Source of the DNA: a virus
Lineage: Duplodnaviria; Caudoviricetes
Direction: 5' to 3' (one strand)
Length of the DNA stretch: 64,000 bases
Virus record (IMG/VR): IMGVR_UViG_3300035454_000933
Span: 154-64,153 of that record
The notes beneath the pieces were generated by a model. That model was not told the DNA's origin. It worked only from the letters and a program-made list of their open reading frames with translations, and made no database searches. Shown here piece by piece: positions 17,092 to 26,538 of this stretch. How positions within the stretch are numbered: the stretch's first letter is position 1; every line of letters begins with the position of its first letter. The position numbers were made by a program, and so were the translations under genes.

Positions 17092-19992
17092 TTACCAGCC
17101 TCCGGATGCGCCAAACGGGCGGGCGGGAGCGACGCGGGTGGACACCGGCGCCTGGGGTTTTTGCAGCAGGCGCATGGCCTCCGGGCTGAGATCGAGGCGC
17201 ACCGACATCTCCCCGGACAGCGGGCCGTTGGCGCCAGCGCGCTGCGACATGCCGCCCGACGGCACCGTGGACGGCTTGGGCACCAGGTCAGGGGCGTCAA
17301 CGCCAGCGATCGGTCGCCGGTGCTCGCCGGAATTGAACGCCAGATTGGGGTCTGTCGCCTTGCCGTCCTTCAGCACCTCGTAGTGCAGGTGAGAGCCGGT
17401 GGACCGACCGGTGCTTCCGACCTTCCCGATCACCTGCCCGGCCTTGACGTTTTCGCCGACCTTGACGCCGTTGCTCTTGTTGTGGGCGTAGCGCGTCACC
17501 GAGCCGTCGGCGTGCCGAATCTCGATCACGTTGCCATATCCACCCTTGCTCATGCCAGAGCGCGTCACCTCGCCATCGGCTGTGGCCTGGATCGACGTGC
17601 CAAGGGGTGCGGCAAAGTCAATGCCGTTGTGGTTCTTGCGCTGTCCTGTGATCGGGTGGATCCGAGAACCGAAGCCGCTGGACACCCGGGAGCCACCGGT
17701 GGTGTAGCTGCGGCCACCCGACTCGGAAGCCGCGCCAGCGCTGACGCCCAGGCGCCCCAGGCGAGCTGTCTCTGCGGTCGACTGCAGGGAAGCGTTCACC
17801 ACCGGAAGCGGGGACCCCTGATCGCGCATCGCCTTGACGTCCTTCTCCAGCTCGGTGTTCGCGTCCTTCAGCGCCTTGGCCTCTTCCCCTTTCAGTCGAA
17901 TGACGTCAAGGCGGGCCTTCTCTTCGGCTGCGAACAGCTGCTCGGTCAGCTCCTGGATGCGCTTTTGCTTTCCGGCCTTGTCCTCCGCCGACATGGATCC
18001 GTCATCGCGACGCAGCTCGTTGAGGATCTTCTCTCGATCGGCACGGATCCCGCCCGGCGCAGAGGCTGCGTCCTTGAGGTTGGCGGCATACGTGCCCTTG
18101 ATTCCGGAAATACGGTCCTGGCCCTCCAGTCGCATCACCTCTTCCATGATCTGCTTGGGCGACTTCTCTCCCTTGCCTGCGATGTGCATGATGCCCAGCC
18201 GCATGCTGTTCATGAGCGGCACCATCTTGTCCGCGATGCTGGTTTTGATGTTGTCGAGCGCGTTCTTGCTGTCGCGGATATCCGAACCGGTGGTGCGCTC
18301 CTGGTCGTACTGGGCCGTCAGCTTGGCCAGAATGTCCTTCTGCTCGCTCTCGGTCCCTCCAGCCATCACCTGGCTGAGCGCCAGCTTGTCGGACTGGCTG
18401 ACGTCGTCACGCCCGAGCAGGCTCCGCGCCAGCGACTGGCGATCGGAGCCCGAGCCATAGAGCGCCTTCGACATATTCCCGATGCCGGTACCGGACAGCT
18501 TGCCCAGGTCGCCGTACTGCTGCATTTCGCCGATTTCGTTCGGCTTGATGCTGAGCATCGTCATGGCCTGATTGATGCCGATACCCAGGTGGTTGGCTGT
18601 GGCCTGGGCGAGAAGGCCCGGGTTGCCTCCGTACTGGCGCCGCAGCATGGACAGCGACTCCTGCAGGAAAGTCTTGTTTCCGCCAGGACCTTTGATGCCG
18701 AAGCGGCTGGCCGCGCTGCCTTCTCCGAACATGCTGTCGTTGGTCGCGAACGCGCCGCCCTCGCGCATGATCTGGGTCTGAATGGGGTCCAGCCCCATAC
18801 GAGAACCGACCTGGGCGGTGAAGAACTGCGACGCCTCACCCTTCGAGCCGCCACCAGACAGGCTGGAATTCACGCGCGACAGCATGGCTGCGGCGCCCGT
18901 CGGATCCAGACCGGCCACGCCGGAGCCGACCATGGCCGAATACATACCCGCGTACCCGGCGACGTTGGCCACGCCCATGTTGCTGCGGGTCTGGGATGTG
19001 GCAAAGCCGCCGATCGCCTCCATGACCTCTTCGGCCTTGGCGAAGGCCCCGGACTTGCCGATGGTTTCACCCAGCAGCATGGCGAAGCGCCGGCTCTCCT
19101 GGGTGTTGGAGGTCACGCCGACGCCACGCATCTGCCCCATGACGCCCACGCCCTGGGACGGGTCCAGGCCGTAGGCGCGGGACATCCCGACGCCGACACC
19201 CAGCTCGCCGGACAGGCTCTTGAATTGGTCGCTGGACAGGTTGCCCAGCTTGGCAAACTGCGTCGCGAGCTGTCCAGCCTCGGCGTAGGTGATCTTCAGA
19301 TTGTCGGCGCCGCCGTGCACAACGGCCTTCAGGGCGTCGAACGAGACGTTCACATCGCCCAGCGTGCGCTTCAGGCGATCGAGGGCAACCGCGTTGTCCT
19401 CGGCCTTTCCGATGTTCTCCGTGGCTGCACCGACGATCTTACCGATGCCCAGCGCCAGCATGCCGCCCATGAGGCCCATGAGGCCCGCGCCAAAGCCTGC
19501 AGACATGCCGGTGCCCAGTGCACCAGCGGCAACCCCTCCAGCAGGCCCAGCGGCCCGCATTCCGGCCTGCGCAGCACCGGTGGCCACGCCGGCCCATGGC
19601 GAGCCAGCGGGACCGGGTGGGGGCCGCGGGCCACCACCACCACCACCGCCAGCCTGGCCAGAGAAATGCGGCCCGACCGAGTACTCGAACACCTTGCGCA
19701 TCTGGCGCGCGCGCGAGTTCGGGTCCGGATACAGGCTGTCCCAGTCAAGGCCCAGCATGTTCTTGCCGCCCTGCCCCGTGGCCTTCATGCGCTTGTTCAG
19801 GTCGCCATTGATCCGCAGGAGCTGCTCGAACCGCTTCACCACCTTGTCCAGATCCTGGATGGTGGTGTTGCTCACGGGCTTGAACTGGACCTTATTCGCC
19901 TGGGCGATCTTTTGCCCCATGGCATTGATCTGCTGCTCGACCGCGCCCGGGTCGAATTGCGCCTCTACACCGATCCCGATTTTGTTTGTCAT
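17092..19992 (-). CDS. Tape measure protein with C-terminal M23 peptidase (966 aa)
   Basis: Gly/Ala-rich helical body; M23 motifs HNGIDF, TRYAHN, STGSHLHYEV. Confidence 0.9.
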   Translation of the reverse strand: MTNKIGIGVEAQFDPGAVEQQINAMGQKIAQANKVQFKPVSNTTIQDLDKVVKRFEQLLRINGDLNKRMKATGQGGKNMLGLDWDSLYPDPNSRARQMRKVFEYSVGPHFSGQAGGGGGGGPRPPPGPAGSPWAGVATGAAQAGMRAAGPAGGVAAGALGTGMSAGFGAGLMGLMGGMLALGIGKIVGAATENIGKAEDNAVALDRLKRTLGDVNVSFDALKAVVHGGADNLKITYAEAGQLATQFAKLGNLSSDQFKSLSGELGVGVGMSRAYGLDPSQGVGVMGQMRGVGVTSNTQESRRFAMLLGETIGKSGAFAKAEEVMEAIGGFATSQTRSNMGVANVAGYAGMYSAMVGSGVAGLDPTGAAAMLSRVNSSLSGGGSKGEASQFFTAQVGSRMGLDPIQTQIMREGGAFATNDSMFGEGSAASRFGIKGPGGNKTFLQESLSMLRRQYGGNPGLLAQATANHLGIGINQAMTMLSIKPNEIGEMQQYGDLGKLSGTGIGNMSKALYGSGSDRQSLARSLLGRDDVSQSDKLALSQVMAGGTESEQKDILAKLTAQYDQERTTGSDIRDSKNALDNIKTSIADKMVPLMNSMRLGIMHIAGKGEKSPKQIMEEVMRLEGQDRISGIKGTYAANLKDAASAPGGIRADREKILNELRRDDGSMSAEDKAGKQKRIQELTEQLFAAEEKARLDVIRLKGEEAKALKDANTELEKDVKAMRDQGSPLPVVNASLQSTAETARLGRLGVSAGAASESGGRSYTTGGSRVSSGFGSRIHPITGQRKNHNGIDFAAPLGTSIQATADGEVTRSGMSKGGYGNVIEIRHADGSVTRYAHNKSNGVKVGENVKAGQVIGKVGSTGRSTGSHLHYEVLKDGKATDPNLAFNSGEHRRPIAGVDAPDLVPKPSTVPSGGMSQRAGANGPLSGEMSVRLDLSPEAMRLLQKPQAPVSTRVAPARPFGASGGW

Positions 19993-19996
19993 GGCT

Positions 19997-20290
19997 TCAG
20001 CTCAGTGTTTCCCAGTCTTCGCCACCGGCGCCGATCTGGGATGCGACCTCATCCGGGTCAAAATCGTCGTCAGAGAACTCGTCCTCTGCCGCCTTCGGAT
20101 CGTCGAGATACATGTGGGCAAAGTAATCGACGCGCATTTCATCTTCGGTGGCCGCCAGGTATCTCGGATCGGTGGCCGTCAGCCCATACTTTCGGCGGAA
20201 CCAGAATCGAAGCGACCTGGATAGCTCAAGACCCCGGGACCTGGCTGTCGACCGATCGTCCGCGTCGAAAAGAGCGCTCCTTGTCGACAA
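19997..20290 (-). CDS. Tail assembly chaperone extension (gpGT-like second ORF, probably reached by frameshift)
   Basis: Overlaps the 3' end of the chaperone ORF in the +1 frame; only a TTG start; directly precedes tape measure. Confidence 0.6.
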   Translation of the reverse strand: MSTRSALFDADDRSTARSRGLELSRSLRFWFRRKYGLTATDPRYLAATEDEMRVDYFAHMYLDDPKAAEDEFSDDDFDPDEVASQIGAGGEDWETLS

Positions 20291-20570
20291 GCTCGGTGTA
20301 GACCTTGTTCAGGCGCGCGTAGACGTCTTCATCGAGCGGATCGAGTTCCTCCAGAACCCAACCTTCCGGTGCGCGCACGGTGAGCACCTTCAACGCAGAA
20401 AGCCAACCGCAGACAGCCTGCAGCCAGGACGTTGGCTCAACACCGTCGATCATGCGGGCGAACTCCACCTGGATGGCGATCTCGTCGGCCATCTGGCGGC
20501 GGGCAAAGGTGAACTGGCCAACGCCTTCGACAGGCACGTTGAAGTCGGACAGGTTCGGTGCACGGGACAT
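20226..20570 (-). CDS. Tail assembly chaperone, gpG-like (114 aa from ATG 20570)
   Basis: Between tube and tape measure; SD GGGAGA; acidic. Confidence 0.75.
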   Translation of the reverse strand: MSRAPNLSDFNVPVEGVGQFTFARRQMADEIAIQVEFARMIDGVEPTSWLQAVCGWLSALKVLTVRAPEGWVLEELDPLDEDVYARLNKVYTELVDKERSFRRGRSVDSQVPGS

Positions 20571-20590
20571 GGTTTCTCTCCTTGGGAAAT

Positions 20591-20623
20591 GAAAAAGGCC
20601 ATCCACCAAACCGGTGGACGGCC
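20591..20623 (-). terminator. Intrinsic terminator after the tail tube gene
   Basis: GGCCGTCCACC-GGTTT-GGTGGATGGCC-TTTTT, with a G-U pair valid only on the minus strand. Confidence 0.7.
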
Positions 20624-20644
20624 TCTATTCTGCGGTCACGAATG

Positions 20645-21067
20645 TCAGACCGCTCGACCGGTCACGTCCAGGGCGTTGAATTGTCCACTGGTCACGATGA
20701 TCTGATGGGCGTTCACATCGATGTCGCCGCTGGCGTAGGAAACACCCACGTACTTGCGCAGCAGCTTCCCGTCGTTCTTGGAGTAAATCTCCAGATCGAA
20801 GACCAGGCCGCGCAGGGCCGCGTCGCCGTTTTCCAGAGCGATACCGGCTTCGAGCATGGCGCCCTTGATCAGGACCATCTGCTGCACGCTCAGCGAGTGG
20901 CGCGCCATGGTGGGCACGTACTCCTGGACATGGATATCGCCGATTCCGCTGGCGGGCTCCGGACTGTAATCGTCGTTGGCGCGCACCGAGCGCACGAGGC
21001 CCAGCTGGATGCCATCGAATACCACGGCAACTCGGTTGCCGCTGCGGGTTTTGACGTTCGTCTTCAT
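20645..21067 (-). CDS. Tail tube protein (140 aa)
   Basis: Directly after sheath; PEPASGIGDIHVQEYVP. Confidence 0.85.
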   Translation of the reverse strand: MKTNVKTRSGNRVAVVFDGIQLGLVRSVRANDDYSPEPASGIGDIHVQEYVPTMARHSLSVQQMVLIKGAMLEAGIALENGDAALRGLVFDLEIYSKNDGKLLRKYVGVSYASGDIDVNAHQIIVTSGQFNALDVTGRAV

Positions 21068-21078
21068 TCAAGGCTCCT

Positions 21079-22797
21079 TTAAGCGGCCGATGCGCCGGTG
21101 AACGGCACGGCGTAGATCGTGGCCAGCACGTAGTTGACGGGGATCACGGGCGAGCATTCGAACTCGACGCGAAGCACATCACCCTCCAGTGAGGCCTTGA
21201 TGTTGCGCCACGCCGGGTTCGCGTCGTTGCCAGCCAGGACACCAGGGCCCTGCGGTTCGGCGCGCGCCAGCTCGCGCAGAGTGGACTCGGCGATGCTGAT
21301 GGCGCGAGACAGCACCAGGGGGTTGGCCTTCTGCCCGCGCAGGGCGTCCAGGGCTTCGCGCACGTTGCGAGCGGTGAAGTCCAGCGCGACACCGGTCGAC
21401 TGCTCGACGCGGTTGTAGTTGTCATTGACCAGCCAGGTGCTGATCGATTTCACCACCTTGTACCCGGCCTCGGTGTTTTCCAGGCACAACACACCACCCA
21501 GGATCAGCATGTCGGTGTCGGTCGGGTTGCGCAGATCGCGCTCCAGGCCGCGCACCTTGATGGTCTTGTTGGTCAGCGGGGTGCCGGGGTTCACGCCGGA
21601 GAACATGCCGGCCAGCAGGGCCGCCGAGATGTAGGGCGGGAACAGCGCCAGCTTGCCGGCGGCGTCGTAGTTGTAGTGGCCCAGGTGCACCAGCGACGTG
21701 CGGTCGCTGTTCAGAGCCTTGGCGGCGTCGATCGCCTGCAGGTCGGTCGTGCCGGCCGCCGTGCCGCAGATCGCGCGGCGCTCCTTGAGGCCGATGTTCG
21801 ACATGTACGACACGTGGGCGTCGGCCAGGGCGTGGATGGCCGGGTCGCCGGAAACCGGCGTCACCCACTGCACATCAACTCCTTGGAGCGCCTCGAACGA
21901 AGCAGACCAGTCGTCGAAGGTCGTGGTGCCATCGCTGCCGCCGGTCAAGAACGTGAACGGGGTCACAGCGGGCTTGGCGCCAGCGCCGGTAACTCGAGCG
22001 GCGTTGAGGAAGCCCTCGCCAGCACCGTTGAACCAATCCACGGCGGCCTGCAGGTCACCGCGGACCACGTAGGCGGCCGTCTTCACGTCCTGGGCCACGG
22101 TGACGTGATCGAGGGCGCTTGGCGTGGCCTTGGTGCCGTTGCGGTCCAGCGCCGAGGCGGTGAAGTCGGTCACGGCGTTGATGCGGTCCACCAGATCCTG
22201 CACGGTGGGGAACTCGGCCAGCGTGATGGTGGCCACCGGAGTGCCGGTGGGGGCGCTGAGCACCAGGGTGGTGTCGTTGACCGTCAGGGTCGCGGAGGCC
22301 AGGGCGCCGGTGTAGTGCACAGAGAAGGCACGCCGGGCGACGTTGTCCTGGCTGTAGTAGTTCTGGCCCTGTTGAACGGTCAGGCGCAGGCCGTCGATGC
22401 TGGCAGCCTCGGCCTTGTATTTCACCTGGTTCTGGCCCAGGCCGTAGTTGGTCGAAGTCAGGTTGATGACGTCGGCGGCCGCGGCGTTCTTGAGCACACC
22501 GGTCGCGCGGGTGGCCGGGTTGACGCGAACGGCAACAACAGACTGCGGTCCGCCGGTCTGAGCGCTCGGGTCGAACGCGGCCAAGACGGCGTCGAGCAGC
22601 TCGCCGGACACCAGCTCGCGCTGGGCTTCCTGCGGGCTGCCGAAACGCAGGGCCGTCTTCGGGGCGCCTGCTGCGGAACGACCCACCAGCGCAACCACGT
22701 TGCCGACCGACAGGTTCTGGTAGCGCATGGCGTCGTCGTTGACGACGGACGCGGTGGCGGGCGAAACAATCAAGCGCCCATTGAAAAATACAGCCAT
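21079..22797 (-). CDS. Tail sheath protein (572 aa)
   Basis: MAVFFNGRL...SPATASVV; FGSPQEAQRELVSGELLDA; C-terminal VIPVNYVLATI. Confidence 0.9.
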   Translation of the reverse strand: MAVFFNGRLIVSPATASVVNDDAMRYQNLSVGNVVALVGRSAAGAPKTALRFGSPQEAQRELVSGELLDAVLAAFDPSAQTGGPQSVVAVRVNPATRATGVLKNAAAADVINLTSTNYGLGQNQVKYKAEAASIDGLRLTVQQGQNYYSQDNVARRAFSVHYTGALASATLTVNDTTLVLSAPTGTPVATITLAEFPTVQDLVDRINAVTDFTASALDRNGTKATPSALDHVTVAQDVKTAAYVVRGDLQAAVDWFNGAGEGFLNAARVTGAGAKPAVTPFTFLTGGSDGTTTFDDWSASFEALQGVDVQWVTPVSGDPAIHALADAHVSYMSNIGLKERRAICGTAAGTTDLQAIDAAKALNSDRTSLVHLGHYNYDAAGKLALFPPYISAALLAGMFSGVNPGTPLTNKTIKVRGLERDLRNPTDTDMLILGGVLCLENTEAGYKVVKSISTWLVNDNYNRVEQSTGVALDFTARNVREALDALRGQKANPLVLSRAISIAESTLRELARAEPQGPGVLAGNDANPAWRNIKASLEGDVLRVEFECSPVIPVNYVLATIYAVPFTGASAA

Positions 22798-22808
22798 GTG
22801 GACCTCGC

Positions 22809-23024
22809 TTAAACAGGCGTTTTACGGAATTGCTCGAAGCGCTCTTCGAAAGCAGCGGTGGAGTCCTTCAGGCGGCCGGCTGTGCGCTCGGTGTACTCGA
22901 AGGCGGACAGAAGCTCCGGGCGGCGCACCGTCTCGGAGAGGCGTTGGCAAAACTCGTTCAGCGTGAGCTGGACAGTCTCGACAACGACAACGGCGGCTGG
23001 TGCCGGGCTTGCGGTTTTGCTCAT
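22809..23024 (-). CDS. Small hypothetical protein (71 aa)
   Basis: ATGA-coupled to the upstream gene, SD AGGAG. Confidence 0.65.
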   Translation of the reverse strand: MSKTASPAPAAVVVVETVQLTLNEFCQRLSETVRRPELLSAFEYTERTAGRLKDSTAAFEERFEQFRKTPV

Positions 23025-23857
23025 GGGACAATGGCTCCTGAAATGATTTCACGAACAGAGCCGGTCGCGCTTCCGACGCGGACCGGGGCGATGCATGTGA
23101 AGTTGCACATCACCTGGAAAAGGGGCGCAGGGTACTCGCCGCTCACGGCGTCCACATCCTGCTGATTCAGGCTCACTTGCTCCCAGCCTTTGCTGGAGAA
23201 CACCGGGATATTTCCGATCACCAGGCGCCGAATAGCCTTGCGCAGCTCGATGCGCTCGTCGCTGTTGAGCGACCACCCGACCACGGTCACCTTGACGCTG
23301 GCAAGCCAACCCTCCGACTCTTCGAAGGACCCATCGAAATCGTCGATCAGATCGCCGGTGATATCGTCGCCGATGCCACGGATCGAATCGTCCTCACTCT
23401 CAAGATGCACCGTCACCAACGGGAACGTGAGCCCTTGCTCCAGGGACGGTGTGGCCGTGTAGACCGGGATGTACCCGAGCTCATGCACCAGGTTCCCGCG
23501 TTGCGCCTCAACCAGAAGGCCTGCCTCCAGTCGCTCGCGCAGGAAAGAGAGCACGTCGGTGGTGGTTTCCTCGTAGATCGCAGACGGGGTGCCGTGGGCC
23601 GTGGGGCCGGCCGTCCAGGTCACGCCGTCGGTGGTGTAGAACGGGCGGTAGAACGCCATCACCTCGTTCTGCAGGAAACTCGTATCGACCACCAGGCGAT
23701 CGGAACCCTCGTAGACCACGGCCGCCGTGGCGTCGTCGTGGCCAGAAAATGCATCCGATCCTTTGCGCAGAGCCTTCCACCGAACGGCGCCGGCCGGCGG
23801 TTCAAAGAACAGCCGGAGCGCGTTACCGATGTGGAGAGGCTGCACCATTGCGATCAT
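23021..23857 (-). CDS. Tail completion/terminator-like protein (278 aa)
   Basis: Position before sheath; PLVTVHLESE; late promoter 15 nt upstream. Confidence 0.6.
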   Translation of the reverse strand: MIAMVQPLHIGNALRLFFEPPAGAVRWKALRKGSDAFSGHDDATAAVVYEGSDRLVVDTSFLQNEVMAFYRPFYTTDGVTWTAGPTAHGTPSAIYEETTTDVLSFLRERLEAGLLVEAQRGNLVHELGYIPVYTATPSLEQGLTFPLVTVHLESEDDSIRGIGDDITGDLIDDFDGSFEESEGWLASVKVTVVGWSLNSDERIELRKAIRRLVIGNIPVFSSKGWEQVSLNQQDVDAVSGEYPAPLFQVMCNFTCIAPVRVGSATGSVREIISGAIVP

Positions 23858-23879
23858 GGTCGGATTTTGGCGTCACGAC
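23858..23879 (-). promoter_or_regulatory. Late promoter GTCGTGA-CGC-CAAAAT-N6-ATG (leaderless)
   Basis: Exact spacing. Confidence 0.75.
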
Positions 23880-23886
23880 GCGAGCA

Positions 23887-23908
23887 GGCGTGACGGCACA
23901 CTGACAAC
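23887..23908 (+). promoter_or_regulatory. Late promoter GGCGTGA-CGG-CACACT-N6-ATG (leaderless, divergent)
   Basis: Same architecture on the opposite strand. Confidence 0.75.
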
Positions 23909-24781
23909 ATGAGCACGCTGAGCTACAACATCACATTGAACGCCGGGTCGCAGCTCGACCTTGCCGCAGGCATCAACGCCCAGGTCCTGCCGCTTTTGAG
24001 CCAGGCGGTGAAAGCCGTAGCCAAGCAGGCGACAGCGGACTGGCAGGAGGCGGTCTACAAAGCCAAACTGTGGAGCGGTGAGAAAGACGCCTACGCGAAG
24101 TCCATCAGCTGGCGCATGACGGGCGACTTCAGCGCCATGATCGAAGCCGACTACCAAAACGCGGCAGCGATCGAAACCGGCCGGTCGCCGCGCGACATGA
24201 AGAAGATGCTGGACACCAGCACCAAAGTGCGCCGCACCACGGATGGGCGCCGGTTCTTGGTCATCCCCATGCGCCACAACACACCCGGCAACACGGCGCA
24301 CGCCAAAGCCATGCCGGCGGCCGTTCACGCGCTGGCCAAGCAGATGACGCCGAGCCGGGTGACGGCCATGGGCAAACGTGAGTCCGGCGAGGTTGTGTCA
24401 CTCAGCCCGAGCTACGGTATGAGCAAGGGTCGCCCAAACGCGAACTATCTGTCGGACACGAAGACGAAGCAGCACTACCTGGTGGCCAGCAGGACCTACG
24501 CCTGGGGCGATCGCATGACGAAGGCCGCCCTGCGCGAGGCCGGCGTCGAAGCGTCCACGGCGAAGCGGTACGCCGGCATGGTCAAGATGGACACCAGCAC
24601 GCCGGGCGGAGGCAAGTCGTCGAGCTTTTTGACGTTTCGGATCATGATGGACGGCCAGACCGGCAAGTGGATCGTGCCCGCCCAGCCGGGCCTGTACCTG
24701 GCTCGCAACGTGGCTCAGAAGATGCAACCCAAGGCGATGGCCGCATTTGCGGCCGCGGTCAAGAAGACCGTCAGCGGCTGA
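23909..24781 (+). CDS. Neck/tail-completion protein, loosely HK97 gp10-like (290 aa)
   Basis: Plus-strand gene in the neck block with its own late promoter; AAAIETGRSPRDMKKML; FLTFRIM; WIVPAQPG. Confidence 0.65.
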   Translation: MSTLSYNITLNAGSQLDLAAGINAQVLPLLSQAVKAVAKQATADWQEAVYKAKLWSGEKDAYAKSISWRMTGDFSAMIEADYQNAAAIETGRSPRDMKKMLDTSTKVRRTTDGRRFLVIPMRHNTPGNTAHAKAMPAAVHALAKQMTPSRVTAMGKRESGEVVSLSPSYGMSKGRPNANYLSDTKTKQHYLVASRTYAWGDRMTKAALREAGVEASTAKRYAGMVKMDTSTPGGGKSSSFLTFRIMMDGQTGKWIVPAQPGLYLARNVAQKMQPKAMAAFAAAVKKTVSG

Positions 24782-25415
24782 ACAGGTCGAAGTTTCGTAC
24801 CACAACGCGCTTTGGCAGGCGCATGCCGCTGTGCTCGTTGCGGTCGCTGGGGAAGTCGCCCCAGACGAAGTACTCAGGGTGCTTCGTGCCCGTCATCGAG
24901 TACGAAACGCCCGCGGGCGGCTCACCAACACCGCCGACCCAGGACGGCCGGCCGTCGGTACCGATTACGGGCAGCGAGCCTTCAACGATCAGCCGAGTGG
25001 TCGGGTGCAGCCAGAAGCACCGCGTCACGCTCGCCACCTTGAAATTCAGGCGCTCAGCCGGGTGCCCACGCACCAGTGGCTGGCTGAACACGTCGGACGA
25101 ATTGAGAGAGGTCACACGGTCATACGCGCCGGCATCCCACAGAGGGCTGGCCTGGGGGATGGTCAGCACCATGTCGCCGGCCTCCCACATTCCCATCTGC
25201 GCCCACTGCATCTGCACCTTCTGACCGGCCACTCCGGCCACCGTCTCCACCGGGTCATCCCAGATTCGACCTTTGCCAGAGCACAGGGCGTGCTTGGGGT
25301 CTGGCGCGCCAGACTGCGGGTTCACGCAGGCGCACGCAAAGCTGCGGCGCCAGAGCAGCTGCTGGCCGATGTTGGCCAGGTGGGTGTCGAAAGCTGCGGC
25401 TTTGAAGCGCATCAC
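24771..25415 (-). CDS. Neck/head-completion protein (214 aa)
   Basis: FACAC...ALCSGKG motif; coupled to the 358-aa gene. Confidence 0.65.
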   Translation of the reverse strand: MMRFKAAAFDTHLANIGQQLLWRRSFACACVNPQSGAPDPKHALCSGKGRIWDDPVETVAGVAGQKVQMQWAQMGMWEAGDMVLTIPQASPLWDAGAYDRVTSLNSSDVFSQPLVRGHPAERLNFKVASVTRCFWLHPTTRLIVEGSLPVIGTDGRPSWVGGVGEPPAGVSYSMTGTKHPEYFVWGDFPSDRNEHSGMRLPKRVVVRNFDLFSR

Positions 25416-26488
25416 ATCACCATCATGCGAATGCCGTGGATCCGCGCGACTAGGCCTCCGTTGCTGCCCGATCCGTTCATGATGGCGTCGACAGCGTCGC
25501 GGTACTTCGCGGCGTCAACGCTCATCGACTGGGACAGGCCGTCCGCGCTGATGCTGCCAGACTGCGGCATGAAGCCATCCTCCACGATCTTTACCACCGC
25601 CAGCTTGATCACCGCGTCGATCAGGTCCGGGTACTCGGTGGCCACGTTGGACAGGCCAGCGATGTAATCCAGGTCCACCGTGAACGGGAGGGTCTTCCCG
25701 CCAGACAGAGAACTCATGAACAAGCCGCCAAGCAGGGTCTGGTAGGCGGTCCCGGTGGGCACCAGCTGCACGTGGCCATAGCGCAGGTCCGCGCGAATCC
25801 AGTCGGCAGGCACATCGACTATGGTCTGCTGGGGAGAAGGGTAGACGAACTTCATGCCCACGATCGACTGCACCGGCTTTTGGCGTGTGACGATGTAGCC
25901 CCACTTGTCGCCACTGAAGTTGTCCGGGTTGTAGTCGTAGGCCGGATCCACGTCCCATGGCATTCCGACAGGCAGAGACTCCAGCTGCTCGGGCGTCGGC
26001 TGGCGCGGAAAGAACCGCGTGGGGCGAAGCGGCACGCGCAGGGTGTGCCGCACCTCGGCCTCGGCGGCCAGCAGTTTGTCCCACAGGAAGTCATCGCTCA
26101 GAGCCACATCCGGCATGGCGCCCGCGGCGGCCAGCGCCAGGCGATCGCGCCGCAGCTTGGCGATCACCACATCCCGGATGAACAGGTCGGAGCGCACGAT
26201 GGTGTCGGCGTCCTCGACTTGCACTTCGAACAAGCGCGATCCGAACGCACCAGACACGCGCAGCAGGTGCTCGCCTACCGCCAGCGCGGCCGTGACGGCG
26301 CCGGCGATCGTCACCGTGACGGAACCAGGGGCAGATCCCAGGGCCGCCGTGACAGCCGCGCCGGTGGGCAGGCCATCCACAGACAGCAAGGACGCGGCAA
26401 CAGCGCCAGACACCGGGACTGGCGCTCCGTTGGCCGCCACGACCAAAGAGATCGAGGCGTCCTGGTTCTTGATGATGGTGTTGCTCAT
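25412..26488 (-). CDS. Head-tail adaptor/neck protein (358 aa)
   Basis: WDKLLAAEAEVRHTL; VDLDYIAG; SGSISADGLSQS; late promoter 15 nt upstream. Confidence 0.7.
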   Translation of the reverse strand: MSNTIIKNQDASISLVVAANGAPVPVSGAVAASLLSVDGLPTGAAVTAALGSAPGSVTVTIAGAVTAALAVGEHLLRVSGAFGSRLFEVQVEDADTIVRSDLFIRDVVIAKLRRDRLALAAAGAMPDVALSDDFLWDKLLAAEAEVRHTLRVPLRPTRFFPRQPTPEQLESLPVGMPWDVDPAYDYNPDNFSGDKWGYIVTRQKPVQSIVGMKFVYPSPQQTIVDVPADWIRADLRYGHVQLVPTGTAYQTLLGGLFMSSLSGGKTLPFTVDLDYIAGLSNVATEYPDLIDAVIKLAVVKIVEDGFMPQSGSISADGLSQSMSVDAAKYRDAVDAIMNGSGSNGGLVARIHGIRMMVM

Positions 26489-26510
26489 GGCGTCAATTTT
26501 TGATCACAAC
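26489..26510 (-). promoter_or_regulatory. Late promoter variant GTTGTGA-TCA-AAAATT-N6-ATG
   Basis: One mismatch, exact spacing. Confidence 0.6.
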
Positions 26511-26538
26511 AGAAAAGCCGCCATCAGCGACCAGGGCA

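Noticed and set aside
17008-20301. 1097-aa plus-strand ORF
   Set aside because: Shadow of the tape measure gene
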